A stretch of DNA of 53,727 bases, from contig JAOPTX010000042.1 in the NCBI GenBank assembly GCA_051532055.1, positions 1 through 53,727 on the forward strand, read 5' to 3'. Both the position numbers and the translations under genes were made by a program. Under the pieces are notes generated by a model. The model was not told the DNA's origin. It was given only the letters and a program-made list of their open reading frames with translations, and did not search any database. The DNA comes from Fibrobacterales bacterium. Its GTDB lineage: Bacteria; Fibrobacterota; Fibrobacteria; Fibrobacterales; JAOPTW01. Positions 19,614 through 30,038 of this stretch are shown here, one piece after another; the stretch's first letter is position 1, and every line of letters starts with the position of its first letter.

Positions 19614-22553
19614 ATGAGATACCAACTATTATTACTCATTACAGCATTTGTCGTGGTAGTATGCTCTTGCGAAAACAGTACTCAAGTCAATTCTCGAGCA
19701 TACGAAGTCAATGTTAAAACGCCGAATACTATCAAACTAGACAGTGTTGTGGTCTCTACAATTATTAGTAGCGATACCGTATTGACCCATTATGCTTCAG
19801 ATGATATGAGCCTCATTTACGAAGACTCAACCGAAAGAACACTGAAGATAACTTTTGACGTAGAAGCTCAAAAGAGCCAACATATCAGTGTAGAATATAC
19901 CTGCTATGTTGAAGATATCCCCATTATTACCAAAAAGAACCGATTTACCATTACCGATGATACACCTGAGTCAGATGTTTTTATTGATTCTTTGATGATT
20001 GAGACCCTAGAAGAGTATCAACAACTAGTGGGTGTTGATGTCGCGGTTAATGCATTCTTATTTGATTCTCTCTTCATACACTATATGCTTGATACGAGTA
20101 ATACTAACCCTGATAGATATTATGATTATTACAAGTTACGTGAAGGCGTTGATACGACGAACTTTATACATCAAACCTTGTTAGAGATCGAAAAACGTGT
20201 CGCTTCGCAAGCGCCTATGATCATTTATAAGGAACTTCCTGAACCGATACTTGCGGCAGTGTTAAATACCCCAGAACCACTCATTTTCTCAGGTACTTTT
20301 ACGGCACACACAAAAGAAGTAGCGACAGTCATCTTAAGTATGTCTGGTGATAATTTCCCTGAACCTATTACGATTCACGTTGATTATGATTCTACAATGG
20401 GTGAGTATTCTGGGTATATAGAACTCTTAGAAATGAGCAATACCTTTACTATAGCAATACAGGTGTTCGATCACAATGGGTACTTAACAGGGTTTAATAC
20501 AAAAGATTTTACTTTTTTATCTCGCTCTATTGAACTCCCACAGTTTGATCCTTGGAACGCAAAACCATGGGTGTCAATCCCTGGCATACAGCCAGTATCC
20601 ATTAATGATACTCATGAAATGAGCTACAGTGCAGGTGATTCAATACATGCGGGAACCCTCATAACTACTGAATATCGACAAGGAGAGGGAACATGGGTGT
20701 TGGTAAGCGGTGAAGTCGTTACGTTTACAGCCCCTGACACAGAAGCTTTGAATTATCCATTGTATATCAGAGTTATGGACAACGACTCTAATGTAACAGT
20801 CGATTCTCTTTATATAACAGTAGTGAGTGATTTACCTACTATTAATTTAGCTGCAAGAGATGCGCTTTATGATGTTGCAGACTCTATTTATTTTGATTGG
20901 ACGGGAAGTGATCACTTTGGAACTATTGTAACCTATGAATTAGCCGCTGAAAAGGATATGAAATGGCTCAATGTAAGTCAAAGTAATTCTCTTGGAATCA
21001 GAAGTCTAAACGAAGCAGGTTCATTCAATTACATTTTAAAAGCTATTGATGATGATGCAAATGTGGTCTACGATACCCTCACCGTTACGGTCATAGAAGA
21101 CCCGCCACTCATAAGTACTGTAACTATTACAGGCACACCTCATCAAGGAAACACCCTTACAGTCAATTATACCTATTCTGATTTTTTAGGAGATCCAGAA
21201 GGCGCTTCAATTATTCAGTGGTACTCAGACGGTGAAGCGTTAGTTCTTGCAAACGAACCGACATACAATATCCAACATCCAGATAAAGGTAAAAAAATAA
21301 GTGTGGGTGTTATTCCCGTTGCCCTCAGTGGAGGTGTACCCAAAGGTATTGAAGTTATTTCAGAAGTATCTGCAGTCGTAACTGGCTTCACCGCTCCAGT
21401 CACGGGTAATATTATTGTCGATTTACATGATCTCACTATAAATGACCTCATTACTTTTGGGTTAAATCCAAATGATGCTGAAAGTGATCTTGTGGATACG
21501 GTTTGGTGGGATTTTAATAATGATGGTTTTTATGAGACGACCTCTAATGCTAATGAAGAAATTACTCAATCATTTTCAACAGTAGGTGAGCATACGGTAC
21601 AGGTATATATTCAAGATTCAGTAGGGAACAGAACAAATAAATCTATTATCGTGCCCATTATTCAAGACGCACCAGTGGCAAAGGCAGAGATGTTTGACTT
21701 AGGCAGCGTTACTACTGAACACATCACCGTAAGTGGCTCACAATCTATTGATGGCATTGGTCATATTGTAGAGTTTGCGTGGAGTGCCGGTGGATTGCCT
21801 TTTACACCAGTGGGTCATGATGCCGGGGATACAACCTTTGTTCTTCCCGAAACACCGAACTCCAATTACCCTATTGTGTTAAGGGTCACTGATGACGACG
21901 GTTTTGTAAATTTCGATACCCTTACGGTAAATGTAACTGATGGATTGATAGACAACAGAGATGGTAGGCAGTATAGAGCTGTATCGATAGATACCCTTCA
22001 TTGGATGGCCGAAAATTTAGACTACGACGCCGGAGAGGGCTCCTATTGTTTTTACTTTGATGTTCCGGGGAGTACCCATACAGAAGCACATAAAGACTCA
22101 ATAAAAGCGGTGAATTGTGGTACATACGGGAGGCTTTACAATAACGCTGTAACGGTATCGAATGATCATGTAAATGGAAAAGATGTGTGCCCAATGGGAT
22201 GGAGATTGCCGACTCTCGCCGAGTGGCGTCATACGTATAATTTTGTAAGTACAGAAGATCCAACATATTCAAATAATGAGCATTTAAAGTCAAAAGAAGT
22301 ATGGGCATTTGGTGAAGGTGGCATTGATACCTACGGCTTTTCAATACTTCCTGGTGGAAACTGTGTTAGTGAAAATGCATGTAATGACGCATTAGGTTCA
22401 AATGCATTATTATGGACTTCTGATTATGCAGGGATTGCAGGGGGCGTGCATAGGCATTGGTCAATAGTATTTGAAAATAACAATAGTGCTGTGAGAGAAT
22501 ATGATGGTATAAACACCTATGGTTTTTCTGTTCGCTGCGTTGAGGATCAGTAA
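19614..22553 (+). CDS. Modular lipoprotein: conserved N-terminal domain, Ig/PKD repeats, C-terminal FISUMP (Fibrobacter succinogenes major paralogous) domain
   Basis: ATG 19614 gives the signal MRYQLLLL...VCSC. C-terminus 'DNRDGRQYRAV.I....WMAENLDY...YGRLY...CPMGWRLPT..EW...YGFSILPGG...GFSVRCV' is TIGR02145-type. Confidence 0.85.
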   Translation: MRYQLLLLITAFVVVVCSCENSTQVNSRAYEVNVKTPNTIKLDSVVVSTIISSDTVLTHYASDDMSLIYEDSTERTLKITFDVEAQKSQHISVEYTCYVEDIPIITKKNRFTITDDTPESDVFIDSLMIETLEEYQQLVGVDVAVNAFLFDSLFIHYMLDTSNTNPDRYYDYYKLREGVDTTNFIHQTLLEIEKRVASQAPMIIYKELPEPILAAVLNTPEPLIFSGTFTAHTKEVATVILSMSGDNFPEPITIHVDYDSTMGEYSGYIELLEMSNTFTIAIQVFDHNGYLTGFNTKDFTFLSRSIELPQFDPWNAKPWVSIPGIQPVSINDTHEMSYSAGDSIHAGTLITTEYRQGEGTWVLVSGEVVTFTAPDTEALNYPLYIRVMDNDSNVTVDSLYITVVSDLPTINLAARDALYDVADSIYFDWTGSDHFGTIVTYELAAEKDMKWLNVSQSNSLGIRSLNEAGSFNYILKAIDDDANVVYDTLTVTVIEDPPLISTVTITGTPHQGNTLTVNYTYSDFLGDPEGASIIQWYSDGEALVLANEPTYNIQHPDKGKKISVGVIPVALSGGVPKGIEVISEVSAVVTGFTAPVTGNIIVDLHDLTINDLITFGLNPNDAESDLVDTVWWDFNNDGFYETTSNANEEITQSFSTVGEHTVQVYIQDSVGNRTNKSIIVPIIQDAPVAKAEMFDLGSVTTEHITVSGSQSIDGIGHIVEFAWSAGGLPFTPVGHDAGDTTFVLPETPNSNYPIVLRVTDDDGFVNFDTLTVNVTDGLIDNRDGRQYRAVSIDTLHWMAENLDYDAGEGSYCFYFDVPGSTHTEAHKDSIKAVNCGTYGRLYNNAVTVSNDHVNGKDVCPMGWRLPTLAEWRHTYNFVSTEDPTYSNNEHLKSKEVWAFGEGGIDTYGFSILPGGNCVSENACNDALGSNALLWTSDYAGIAGGVHRHWSIVFENNNSAVREYDGINTYGFSVRCVEDQ

Positions 22554-22714
22554 ATACCTAAACATAAACGTGCCGCGGGTGAATGCGGTGATGATGCAAG
22601 GATGAGTGAGTTTCATATGTGACTTCTATCACATCCATAATACTTGTCCTTAACTATATTTCTCATGAAATAAATATGAGTACACACACCGTGTATAATA
22701 GTGAAATCCACAAT

Positions 22715-24268
22715 ATGAAAAAGATGAACATGTATATAGCTTTCGTTGTGCTTAACCTTATGATCACAGTTTTGCTCTCTTGTAAGGGCGTAACCGCAAA
22801 AGAATCAGCCCTAACCAATGAAAAAATACCGTGTGTAACTGATACAAGTAACAAAGGAGGGGGTCTTACCGAAGCACTTACTGACATAGACGGTCAAATG
22901 AAACGACGGACGGGAGTTTTTGTTTTAGAGGATGGCGCGAGCTCAATGATGCATCGTGCGTGGTTTACTCATACGGCTGAGCACTCCATAGACATACAGT
23001 ACTTTATTTTTTCAACTGATAATATAGGTCTCATTGCCTGTGATTACCTCGTTCGAGCTGCTGACAGAGGGGTGAAAATCCGGTTGCTTGTAGATGACTT
23101 TATGGTAGATACAAAACTTGAAGATATTTTGTTACTCGACTCTCACCCCAATATCAGCATAAAGATCTATAACCCAGGAATTACTATTGGTAAAAATTTA
23201 TTGGGTACCGTCAAAAAACTCATCACTGATTTTAAGGGTAGCAATCAGAGGATGCATAACAAAACATTTATTGTCGATAAAAAAGTAGTTATTACCGGCG
23301 GAAGAAATATTGCCGATGAATATTTTGATTTTGACCATGAATACAATTTTCGAGATAGGGATGTGTTATTGCTCGGAGGCATGACACATGAAATTGATCA
23401 ATCATTTGAAACTTTTTGGAGTAATGATCTCAGTGTTCCTATTCTTGATTTAAGTGATACAGTCTATACAAATACTAATGAAAATCGATTTGATGGTCTG
23501 CATAACTATGCATGTAACCCCAATAACTATTGGCCTCAAATACGTTCGCACATGAATAATTTCCCCCAAGTATTTAAAGAAACCATTGAGTCTGAGAACC
23601 TTCTTTGGATTGAACATGTGGAATTTGTTTCGGATGAGCCAGGTAAGAATGATAGTGATGACATGCTTTTAGGGGGAGGAACATCAACAGACGCGCTTAT
23701 GAGCCTCATGCAAAATGCACAGTACTCAATTGCAATTCAGTCACCATATCTGGTGACTACGAGTCGTGGACAAGAGCTTTTCAAAGCTATTTCTGATAAA
23801 GGGGTAACGGTGAGGGTCTTAACCAATAGCTTGGCCTCAACAGACAACTTGGATGCATTCAATGGGTATCAACGAGATAGGGAAACACTCTTAGAGACAG
23901 GAATACGGGTTTTTGAGTTTCGACCCGATGCCAAAATTAGGAAAAAGATACTGACCGGTGCGTTACAAAAAACGCTTAATTATACCCCAATATTTGGACA
24001 TCATGCTAAGACAATGGTAATAGATGATAGTATTACCGTTATTGGTACTTTTAATCTTGATCCGCGGAGCGCTGATCTCAATACTGAATGTGTGGTTATT
24101 ATACACTCTAAAATGGTAGCGAAGAAAGTAATGTTCGGAATCGAAGAGGAGTTTAAGCCTGAAAATTCATGGGAAACAACTCTTGAGTTTAATCCTGATT
24201 CTGAAGTTCCATTATTAAAAAGAATTAATACCTGGTTTAGGCGGGTAGTTCCAAAGAGTATTTTGTAG
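22715..24268 (+). CDS. Phospholipase D family protein (ClsC/YmdC-like), probable lipoprotein
   Basis: Two HKD motifs (RMHNKTFIVD, HHAKTMVID), GGRNIADEYF, FNLDPRS..LNTE; signal peptide ending LLSC. Start inferred at ATG 22715. Confidence 0.88.
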   Translation: MKKMNMYIAFVVLNLMITVLLSCKGVTAKESALTNEKIPCVTDTSNKGGGLTEALTDIDGQMKRRTGVFVLEDGASSMMHRAWFTHTAEHSIDIQYFIFSTDNIGLIACDYLVRAADRGVKIRLLVDDFMVDTKLEDILLLDSHPNISIKIYNPGITIGKNLLGTVKKLITDFKGSNQRMHNKTFIVDKKVVITGGRNIADEYFDFDHEYNFRDRDVLLLGGMTHEIDQSFETFWSNDLSVPILDLSDTVYTNTNENRFDGLHNYACNPNNYWPQIRSHMNNFPQVFKETIESENLLWIEHVEFVSDEPGKNDSDDMLLGGGTSTDALMSLMQNAQYSIAIQSPYLVTTSRGQELFKAISDKGVTVRVLTNSLASTDNLDAFNGYQRDRETLLETGIRVFEFRPDAKIRKKILTGALQKTLNYTPIFGHHAKTMVIDDSITVIGTFNLDPRSADLNTECVVIIHSKMVAKKVMFGIEEEFKPENSWETTLEFNPDSEVPLLKRINTWFRRVVPKSIL

Positions 24269-24316
24269 GAGAGGCTATTCCACAAAATAGTGAGAGAGAT
24301 AGGTGTTTATAAAATA

Positions 24317-24350
24317 AGAGCCCCCTAAAACCAAGAGTTTAGGGGGCTCT
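24317..24350. terminator. Bidirectional terminator
   Basis: AGAGCCCCCTAAA ... TTTAGGGGGCTCT 13-bp inverted repeat between convergent genes. Confidence 0.8.
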
Positions 24351-24372
24351 ATTTAATCACCTAACAATACTA

Positions 24373-25062
24373 TTACTCGATCATACTTGGTGATGCAATA
24401 GTTACCCAACCAAAATTTGGGTTTGGCCCTGGGTCAGACTCACCAACACATACTTGGATATAGTTTACGAAATTATGACTTCCAATATATGGAGTATAGT
24501 TAATCATTTGTCCTGCAGTTCGGTAGTTACATTCAGGACGATCTCTATCGCTGATTCCTTGAAGTCTTACCGCTTTAGGGGCGATCTCTTGAGTAAATAC
24601 TTCTACTTCATAGAGGGAAAAACCGTATTGAGTTGCGCGTGTGTTCAGTTTTAATTTGATGTAGCGTGCATTTCCAAACATATATTCAAGTACCTCGATT
24701 CCACCAGTTCCAGTACGACCTTGGTAATAAGTATCTTCCCAAGTTACCCCGTCAACTGATCGAGAAACTTGATAATTTGTTGCATAGGCATTTTCCCATG
24801 CGAGTACGATTTTATGTACCAATATTTCTTGTTGAAGATCTAGAATCAGTTCTTGGTTATCAGCAAAGTTTGACGCCCAACGAGTACTCATATCGCCATC
24901 AATGACATTTTCAGCAGGGTAACCCGATTCTGACCCGAGTGGTGCCGTTGCAGTAATGCCATGAATTTTTTGAGATGATTTATCGATGTTAATGTAGCCT
25001 GCTGATGCGAATGAAGCGCATCCGAGCACTGCAGCAACAGTAAGTAGTAATGATAATTTCAT
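24373..25062 (-). CDS. Secreted F5/8 type C (discoidin/CBM32) domain protein
   Basis: AAGGA RBS; signal peptide; 'IDGDMSTRWAS...LILDL...IVLAWENAYATNY...DGVTW...ARYIK...YGFSLYEVEV'; short C-terminal two-Cys extension. Confidence 0.88.
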   Translation of the reverse strand: MKLSLLLTVAAVLGCASFASAGYINIDKSSQKIHGITATAPLGSESGYPAENVIDGDMSTRWASNFADNQELILDLQQEILVHKIVLAWENAYATNYQVSRSVDGVTWEDTYYQGRTGTGGIEVLEYMFGNARYIKLKLNTRATQYGFSLYEVEVFTQEIAPKAVRLQGISDRDRPECNYRTAGQMINYTPYIGSHNFVNYIQVCVGESDPGPNPNFGWVTIASPSMIE

Positions 25063-25600
25063 ATGTGTCCTTAATTAAGGGTAAACAATACAGAAAACGC
25101 CCATCGTTTCTGTAATACTAAGGATAGTAATAGTGAGAACATGATAATGTGCTTACTGACTGGTGCACAATTAAGCGTACCCAAAGCGTACCGAAATTTG
25201 TGAGGTGGGTGGGGGCGGAGCTATATCTAGCAGAATAAGGTGGATTTATGGAGTCTGCTCATATGAACTTCTATTTAAACACCCTCACTCAATTGAGTAA
25301 ATCCAATCGAAATGTTACTGTTTTTAGTAGAGAAACCCCTGAATCAATAGAGCCCATCATTTCTCTGGTTGAGCTAGAATGTATTTACCTGGAAAGAATG
25401 ATATGTGTATCGATAATGTCCATAAAGCCGTTTTGGATGTATATAATTATCATGTTCTAAATGTGGACGTGTGTGAATAGGTATTATTAACCCCAATTTG
25501 AGGAGCTTGAGGGTGATTTTGATGCTATTGGTGTTAGGAGGCGTTGCTTCATTTTAAATGCAATTTTAGATTTACTATATTTAACGCATTGATAATAACG

Positions 25601-26269
25601 ATGAGAGCATTAATGACTATACTTAAGTATGTTGTTTGGGTATTATTCTTATTACAGCCAACAATAGCACTATCAAATAGCTTACCCAATGATTCTACGA
25701 GCAACGTTGACTCTCCTATAGAAGGGAGTGACCGTAAAAAAAACTATGCAATACTAACATTTACTTCAACAGGCGCAGTAACACTAGATGATGCTCAGAG
25801 CATCACTGATAGATTTCAGAGTGAACTCCATAAACTGAACACTCTTGTGTTAATTGAACGAAACCAAATTAATTTGATACTTGAGGAACAGGGCTTTCAA
25901 ACTTCAGGCGCCTGTGATACTAAAGGGTGCCATGTAGAAGTTGGTCAACTTCTTGGTGTCGACTATATTATTACAGCCTCTATAGGCAAGGTTGGAGACT
26001 TATATACAATCTCCTTAAAAATAATTGATGTAGAAACAGGTATAATAAAATCACACTTTTCAGATGATATGCGTGGTACTGTCGAAAATGTATTACTCAC
26101 GGGTTGTAAACGGTTAGCGTATATGGTTGTGAATGGCAGGGAGCCAGAGAATGATGTAACAATCCCTGTTTGGACTTGGGTCGCTAGTGGTGTTGCAATA
26201 GTAGGGGGTGTAATAGTGTATATACTTCTTAATAATGAGCCTGAGCAACAAGAGGTGCATTATTATTAA
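25601..26269 (+). CDS. CsgG/HfaB-like exported protein with C-terminal membrane helix
   Basis: 'LIERNQINLILEEQGFQTSGACD...EVGQLLGVDYII.ASIGKVG...LKIIDVETG' CsgG-like fold; hydrophobic C-terminus. Start inferred at ATG 25601. Confidence 0.75.
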   Translation: MRALMTILKYVVWVLFLLQPTIALSNSLPNDSTSNVDSPIEGSDRKKNYAILTFTSTGAVTLDDAQSITDRFQSELHKLNTLVLIERNQINLILEEQGFQTSGACDTKGCHVEVGQLLGVDYIITASIGKVGDLYTISLKIIDVETGIIKSHFSDDMRGTVENVLLTGCKRLAYMVVNGREPENDVTIPVWTWVASGVAIVGGVIVYILLNNEPEQQEVHYY

Positions 26270-28097
26270 TATTAGGTATTTATTCGCTGTTGTATTCGGG
26301 CTAATGCCTTCTCTTTGGGTTGTTAATTGCTCTGATAGCCCTACTTCAAATGAATCTAATGCGGTTTTTCATATTCCTATAGCTCAATCTGTAGATGAAT
26401 CAGAGATAAGAAGCTGTGAGGTTAATGTGATTTATGATGATTACATAGATGAATATGTGATAACCATGGACAATATTCTATTTGAATACCCTAATGATAC
26501 AACTAAAAATATGATTGTCTCATTATCACTCATAGAAGATAAAATGCCTGATGTTGAATATACCGTTGTTCTAAAAAGCGGCGTTTCTTTTACTAAAATA
26601 TATTCCATCGGAAGTGGTGAATCCTTGGGGGGAATCGGAAATTATAGTTCATCAGACAGCGTTGTTGAATCTGTTTCATCAGTGCGAAATGGAAATGACG
26701 ATTCCTCTGTCAGTAGAATAGAAGAGAATCTGAATAGTAGTGCTTTGTCTAATAGTTCAGAACACTACACACCCATTGTCATTTATGAAGTTAATAAAAA
26801 TGTGTGTAATGAAGAAGTCACGTTAAATGATGTTGAGTCTATTGTTATTGGTAAATTGTATATAGAGTCATTTTCAGATGATAACACATTTATTACGAAC
26901 TATAGTATAGCCGTTGGTTCTTTGAATACTGTAGATTTGTCAAAAATTAGTTGGAATCAACAAGATTCTCTTGGATATTTATTAGGACCTGGTGAGTATC
27001 AATTAAAATATTGGTATGTTAGGGAGGTGGTCCCTGACACTATTGTAGTTATTGGGTGTTCTATTGCCAACGTAGAAGTATCAACTACCAGTGAGTCTAA
27101 GAATTATTTAAAAAGTACTTATGGCGAAGGAGACCCATACGGCGGTGGTAGTACGTATACTACATCTGTTGAATTGGATAATCAAGGATCTGCATGGGTA
27201 TCATTAGGTGAAAAACTTATCGAATTTAGTGAAGGTGCACAGATCCATACATTTTTTAGTGATTATGCAGCTGATACAGATCGTCATATTAAAGACTTCA
27301 AATTTACCTCAGATGGAGGCCTTTGGATCATTTCACATGAAATGGGCGGGAATAGTCTCGAGAGATTAAAATGGGCAACCTTTTATGATGGATCAATTTT
27401 TACTGAATATAATAGTTCAAATTCCCCTTTAGACAACGACGATACGCAAAGGTTGTATATTGATAATAATGATACTCCATGGTTCAGTAATTACTCTGGA
27501 TTAAAGAGACTAAATAAAGACGGGTGGCATACTTGGAATACTTCAAACTCAGATTTAGAAAAAGGAGGGATTACCAGTATTGTTCAGATTGCTACCGATG
27601 AATATTGGGTTGCCGTTTCAAATACAAAGGGAGTAGGTGGTATCTATTTATTAAAAGAAGATGAAATAACCGAAGTATATGATCCACAAAATTCTAACCT
27701 TCCCAATGCTTCTATAAGTAGTTTAATACTTTCAAATGATAGTACTGTTTGGATTACACTAATTGGATACTCAAGTGATTCTGTTGACTCTATTGGTACG
27801 ATTTGTCGATTAAAAAACGGTAGTATACATTGCTTCGAAGAAGGCGATGTGAATATAGAGCATTTTGGTCTAGTGCATCAAGATTACTGGGGAACAGTAT
27901 GGGTATCAATTGACACAAAGCTCTATCGCTATATCAACAACACATTTGAATTTATACACGATTATGAAACTAATCCAAGAGATATAGCTGTAGATAAAGA
28001 AGGTGTTATTTGGGTAACTCATGGGGCAAGTAATTTAGTAACAACAACGGAATATTCTAGAATAACTCATTATTTAGATGGTTCGAGTTCGTGGTAA
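26235..28097 (+). CDS. Lipoprotein with Ser-rich linker, FlgD-Ig-like segment and C-terminal beta-propeller (two-component-regulator-propeller type)
   Basis: Signal ending VVNC; 'WNQQDSLGYLLGPGEY'; repeated 'D..G.LW', 'NS.NS.L' blades; paralogous to the next gene. Confidence 0.75.
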   Translation: MSLSNKRCIIINIRYLFAVVFGLMPSLWVVNCSDSPTSNESNAVFHIPIAQSVDESEIRSCEVNVIYDDYIDEYVITMDNILFEYPNDTTKNMIVSLSLIEDKMPDVEYTVVLKSGVSFTKIYSIGSGESLGGIGNYSSSDSVVESVSSVRNGNDDSSVSRIEENLNSSALSNSSEHYTPIVIYEVNKNVCNEEVTLNDVESIVIGKLYIESFSDDNTFITNYSIAVGSLNTVDLSKISWNQQDSLGYLLGPGEYQLKYWYVREVVPDTIVVIGCSIANVEVSTTSESKNYLKSTYGEGDPYGGGSTYTTSVELDNQGSAWVSLGEKLIEFSEGAQIHTFFSDYAADTDRHIKDFKFTSDGGLWIISHEMGGNSLERLKWATFYDGSIFTEYNSSNSPLDNDDTQRLYIDNNDTPWFSNYSGLKRLNKDGWHTWNTSNSDLEKGGITSIVQIATDEYWVAVSNTKGVGGIYLLKEDEITEVYDPQNSNLPNASISSLILSNDSTVWITLIGYSSDSVDSIGTICRLKNGSIHCFEEGDVNIEHFGLVHQDYWGTVWVSIDTKLYRYINNTFEFIHDYETNPRDIAVDKEGVIWVTHGASNLVTTTEYSRITHYLDGSSSW

Positions 28098-28099
28098 TT

Positions 28100-29926
28100 A
28101 TGGCCAAAAAAAACCTTCAATATCTAATCTTTTTTATCGTTTTCTCTGCTTTAGCTGTACAAAATTGTGTATTTGATGAAAAGGCTACAGAAATTAACGG
28201 TATTTTTCACATTCTAATACCAAACACGATTCCAATTGGTGATATTGATAGCGTTGTAACACTACTAAAGTATGATAAAAAGAGTGTTAAGAAGACTACT
28301 AATAAACGGCAATTTAATTTGGAGTATCATTCAATAGAAGAACTTCGGTTACTTATTGATTACAGCTATCCAGTAGGAGCTAGTCCTCACTTGGTTTACC
28401 AACTATACCATACAAATGGTAACTATTTTACAGGAACTTATAGAGTAGGTTTTGAGGATACTTTTGATGAGATTACCCTTATTGAGATCAATCCTGAATT
28501 TATAATTAGTTCTGATGATAGGTTGAGTTCATCGAAGGTTGATGATTTTAGCAGTAGTCACATTGATGAACTTAGTTCCGAAAGTACAAGCAGTAGTGAG
28601 GTGCCTGATACACAATCTTCAGAAAGCCAGTTAGTTAATTTACTTTTGCTCAAAGATAATTGTCCTGATACCCTCATAGAATTTGATACGTTAGCTGTAA
28701 TGAGAAATACACTCGTTGTTGAGACATTTACAAAATCTGGGCAATTTAAAAATCGCACCTTCAAATACCTGGATTCAAATGAGTTCTTTAGCCTCGACTC
28801 CGTAGAATGGGTTCAAGAAGATAGCTTAGGGTATCAATACATACCTGGCGAATATATGATTAGGTATCTCTATAATGCATATACAAAGCAAGGGTTCGTA
28901 AATGGAGGAAACTGTATATGGGTAGATGCAAAAAAGGGGCAGTATAGTACTCTTAAAAAATTTGAAGAATATCATTTTGGTTTTGATAATATGTTTATTC
29001 ATGATGTTGCCTTAGACACCAATGACCAATTACTTGTTGGTTTTGAAAAGACCATGATTCACCACTCGGGTTCATTTGTAATTGATTCAAGTTATCACAA
29101 CTATGAGAGTGAGAGACTCAGAACCATGCGCAGGTTACAGGTTGATTCTGAAGGAAACTCATGGTTTAATTCGGAACCTTTTGATGGCGTATCTACTGAT
29201 CGATATGTAGTCAAGTTTGATGGCCTTGATTTTACAACTTATGGTAGTGATGTTGTTTCGTTATTTGAATATGAGATTGAACAAATTTATACCGCAAATG
29301 ACGGGTCAGTATGGTTTTTGACTGACGAAGGATTCGCTCGATATTTTAACAAGGCATGGACTGTTTTTAATACAGAAAATACAAATAAATTGACTCATTC
29401 TAGTATTACAGCAATAGTAGAAGCTGATGAGGGTGAGTTTTGGATTGCTGGCGGTTACAGTGTATCAACTCAATCAATGGGAATCGCTCAATTAATTGGA
29501 GATTCCATTGGTGAGGTCTATAACTCCACTAATTCAAATTTGCCCCATGACAAGATTCTCAGCTTAGAATATTCCTCTAAAGGGGTGCTATGGATAGGTC
29601 TATATGAACAGCCGGGTTATAATGACGGTGAACTTTGTATGCTAAAAGATCAAAATATTACTTGTTTTAATAGTGAACTTTTTAAAGGAAAGGGTGTTTC
29701 TGTCATACAAGAAGACCGTAGTGGACAAATCTGGTTAAGTATAGGGATTTCAATATTTATTTACAATGATGATGTTCTTACCCACTTATTTGATATAGAC
29801 TCTTCAGCGAGAGCAATTGTGATTGATAAAAAAATGAATGCCTGGGTACCTTCATACATTCACGGTTTTACTCGTATTAGTTATCCTAAAAATAGAGTTT
29901 TTCTAAATGGAGAACAGACTTGGTAA
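28100..29926 (+). CDS. Tandem paralogue of the preceding propeller lipoprotein
   Basis: Signal ending VQNC; 'WVQEDSLGYQYIPGEY'; 'EVYNSTNSNLP', 'QEDRSGQIW' blades. Start is ATG 28100 (or GTG 28091). Confidence 0.75.
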   Translation: MAKKNLQYLIFFIVFSALAVQNCVFDEKATEINGIFHILIPNTIPIGDIDSVVTLLKYDKKSVKKTTNKRQFNLEYHSIEELRLLIDYSYPVGASPHLVYQLYHTNGNYFTGTYRVGFEDTFDEITLIEINPEFIISSDDRLSSSKVDDFSSSHIDELSSESTSSSEVPDTQSSESQLVNLLLLKDNCPDTLIEFDTLAVMRNTLVVETFTKSGQFKNRTFKYLDSNEFFSLDSVEWVQEDSLGYQYIPGEYMIRYLYNAYTKQGFVNGGNCIWVDAKKGQYSTLKKFEEYHFGFDNMFIHDVALDTNDQLLVGFEKTMIHHSGSFVIDSSYHNYESERLRTMRRLQVDSEGNSWFNSEPFDGVSTDRYVVKFDGLDFTTYGSDVVSLFEYEIEQIYTANDGSVWFLTDEGFARYFNKAWTVFNTENTNKLTHSSITAIVEADEGEFWIAGGYSVSTQSMGIAQLIGDSIGEVYNSTNSNLPHDKILSLEYSSKGVLWIGLYEQPGYNDGELCMLKDQNITCFNSELFKGKGVSVIQEDRSGQIWLSIGISIFIYNDDVLTHLFDIDSSARAIVIDKKMNAWVPSYIHGFTRISYPKNRVFLNGEQTW

Positions 29927-30038
29927 TTCGAGTATACCTTGGTATAATTAATACTTTGTTACTATACTCACTGTAAATGTGAATTTAATACAAGCGCAGC
30001 ATAAGAATACCTACCGAATAAAGTCCAAAGGGCCCACT

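Noticed and set aside
21940..22553. FISUMP C-terminus or RCC1 repeats as diversity-generating retroelement targets
   Set aside because: No reverse transcriptase and no template-repeat copy seen in the window; differences between RCC1 blades are not confined to adenines.
25248..25460. 70-aa ORF in the intergenic gap
   Set aside because: No recognisable motif and only a weak RBS; it cannot be supported as a gene, though it is not excluded.
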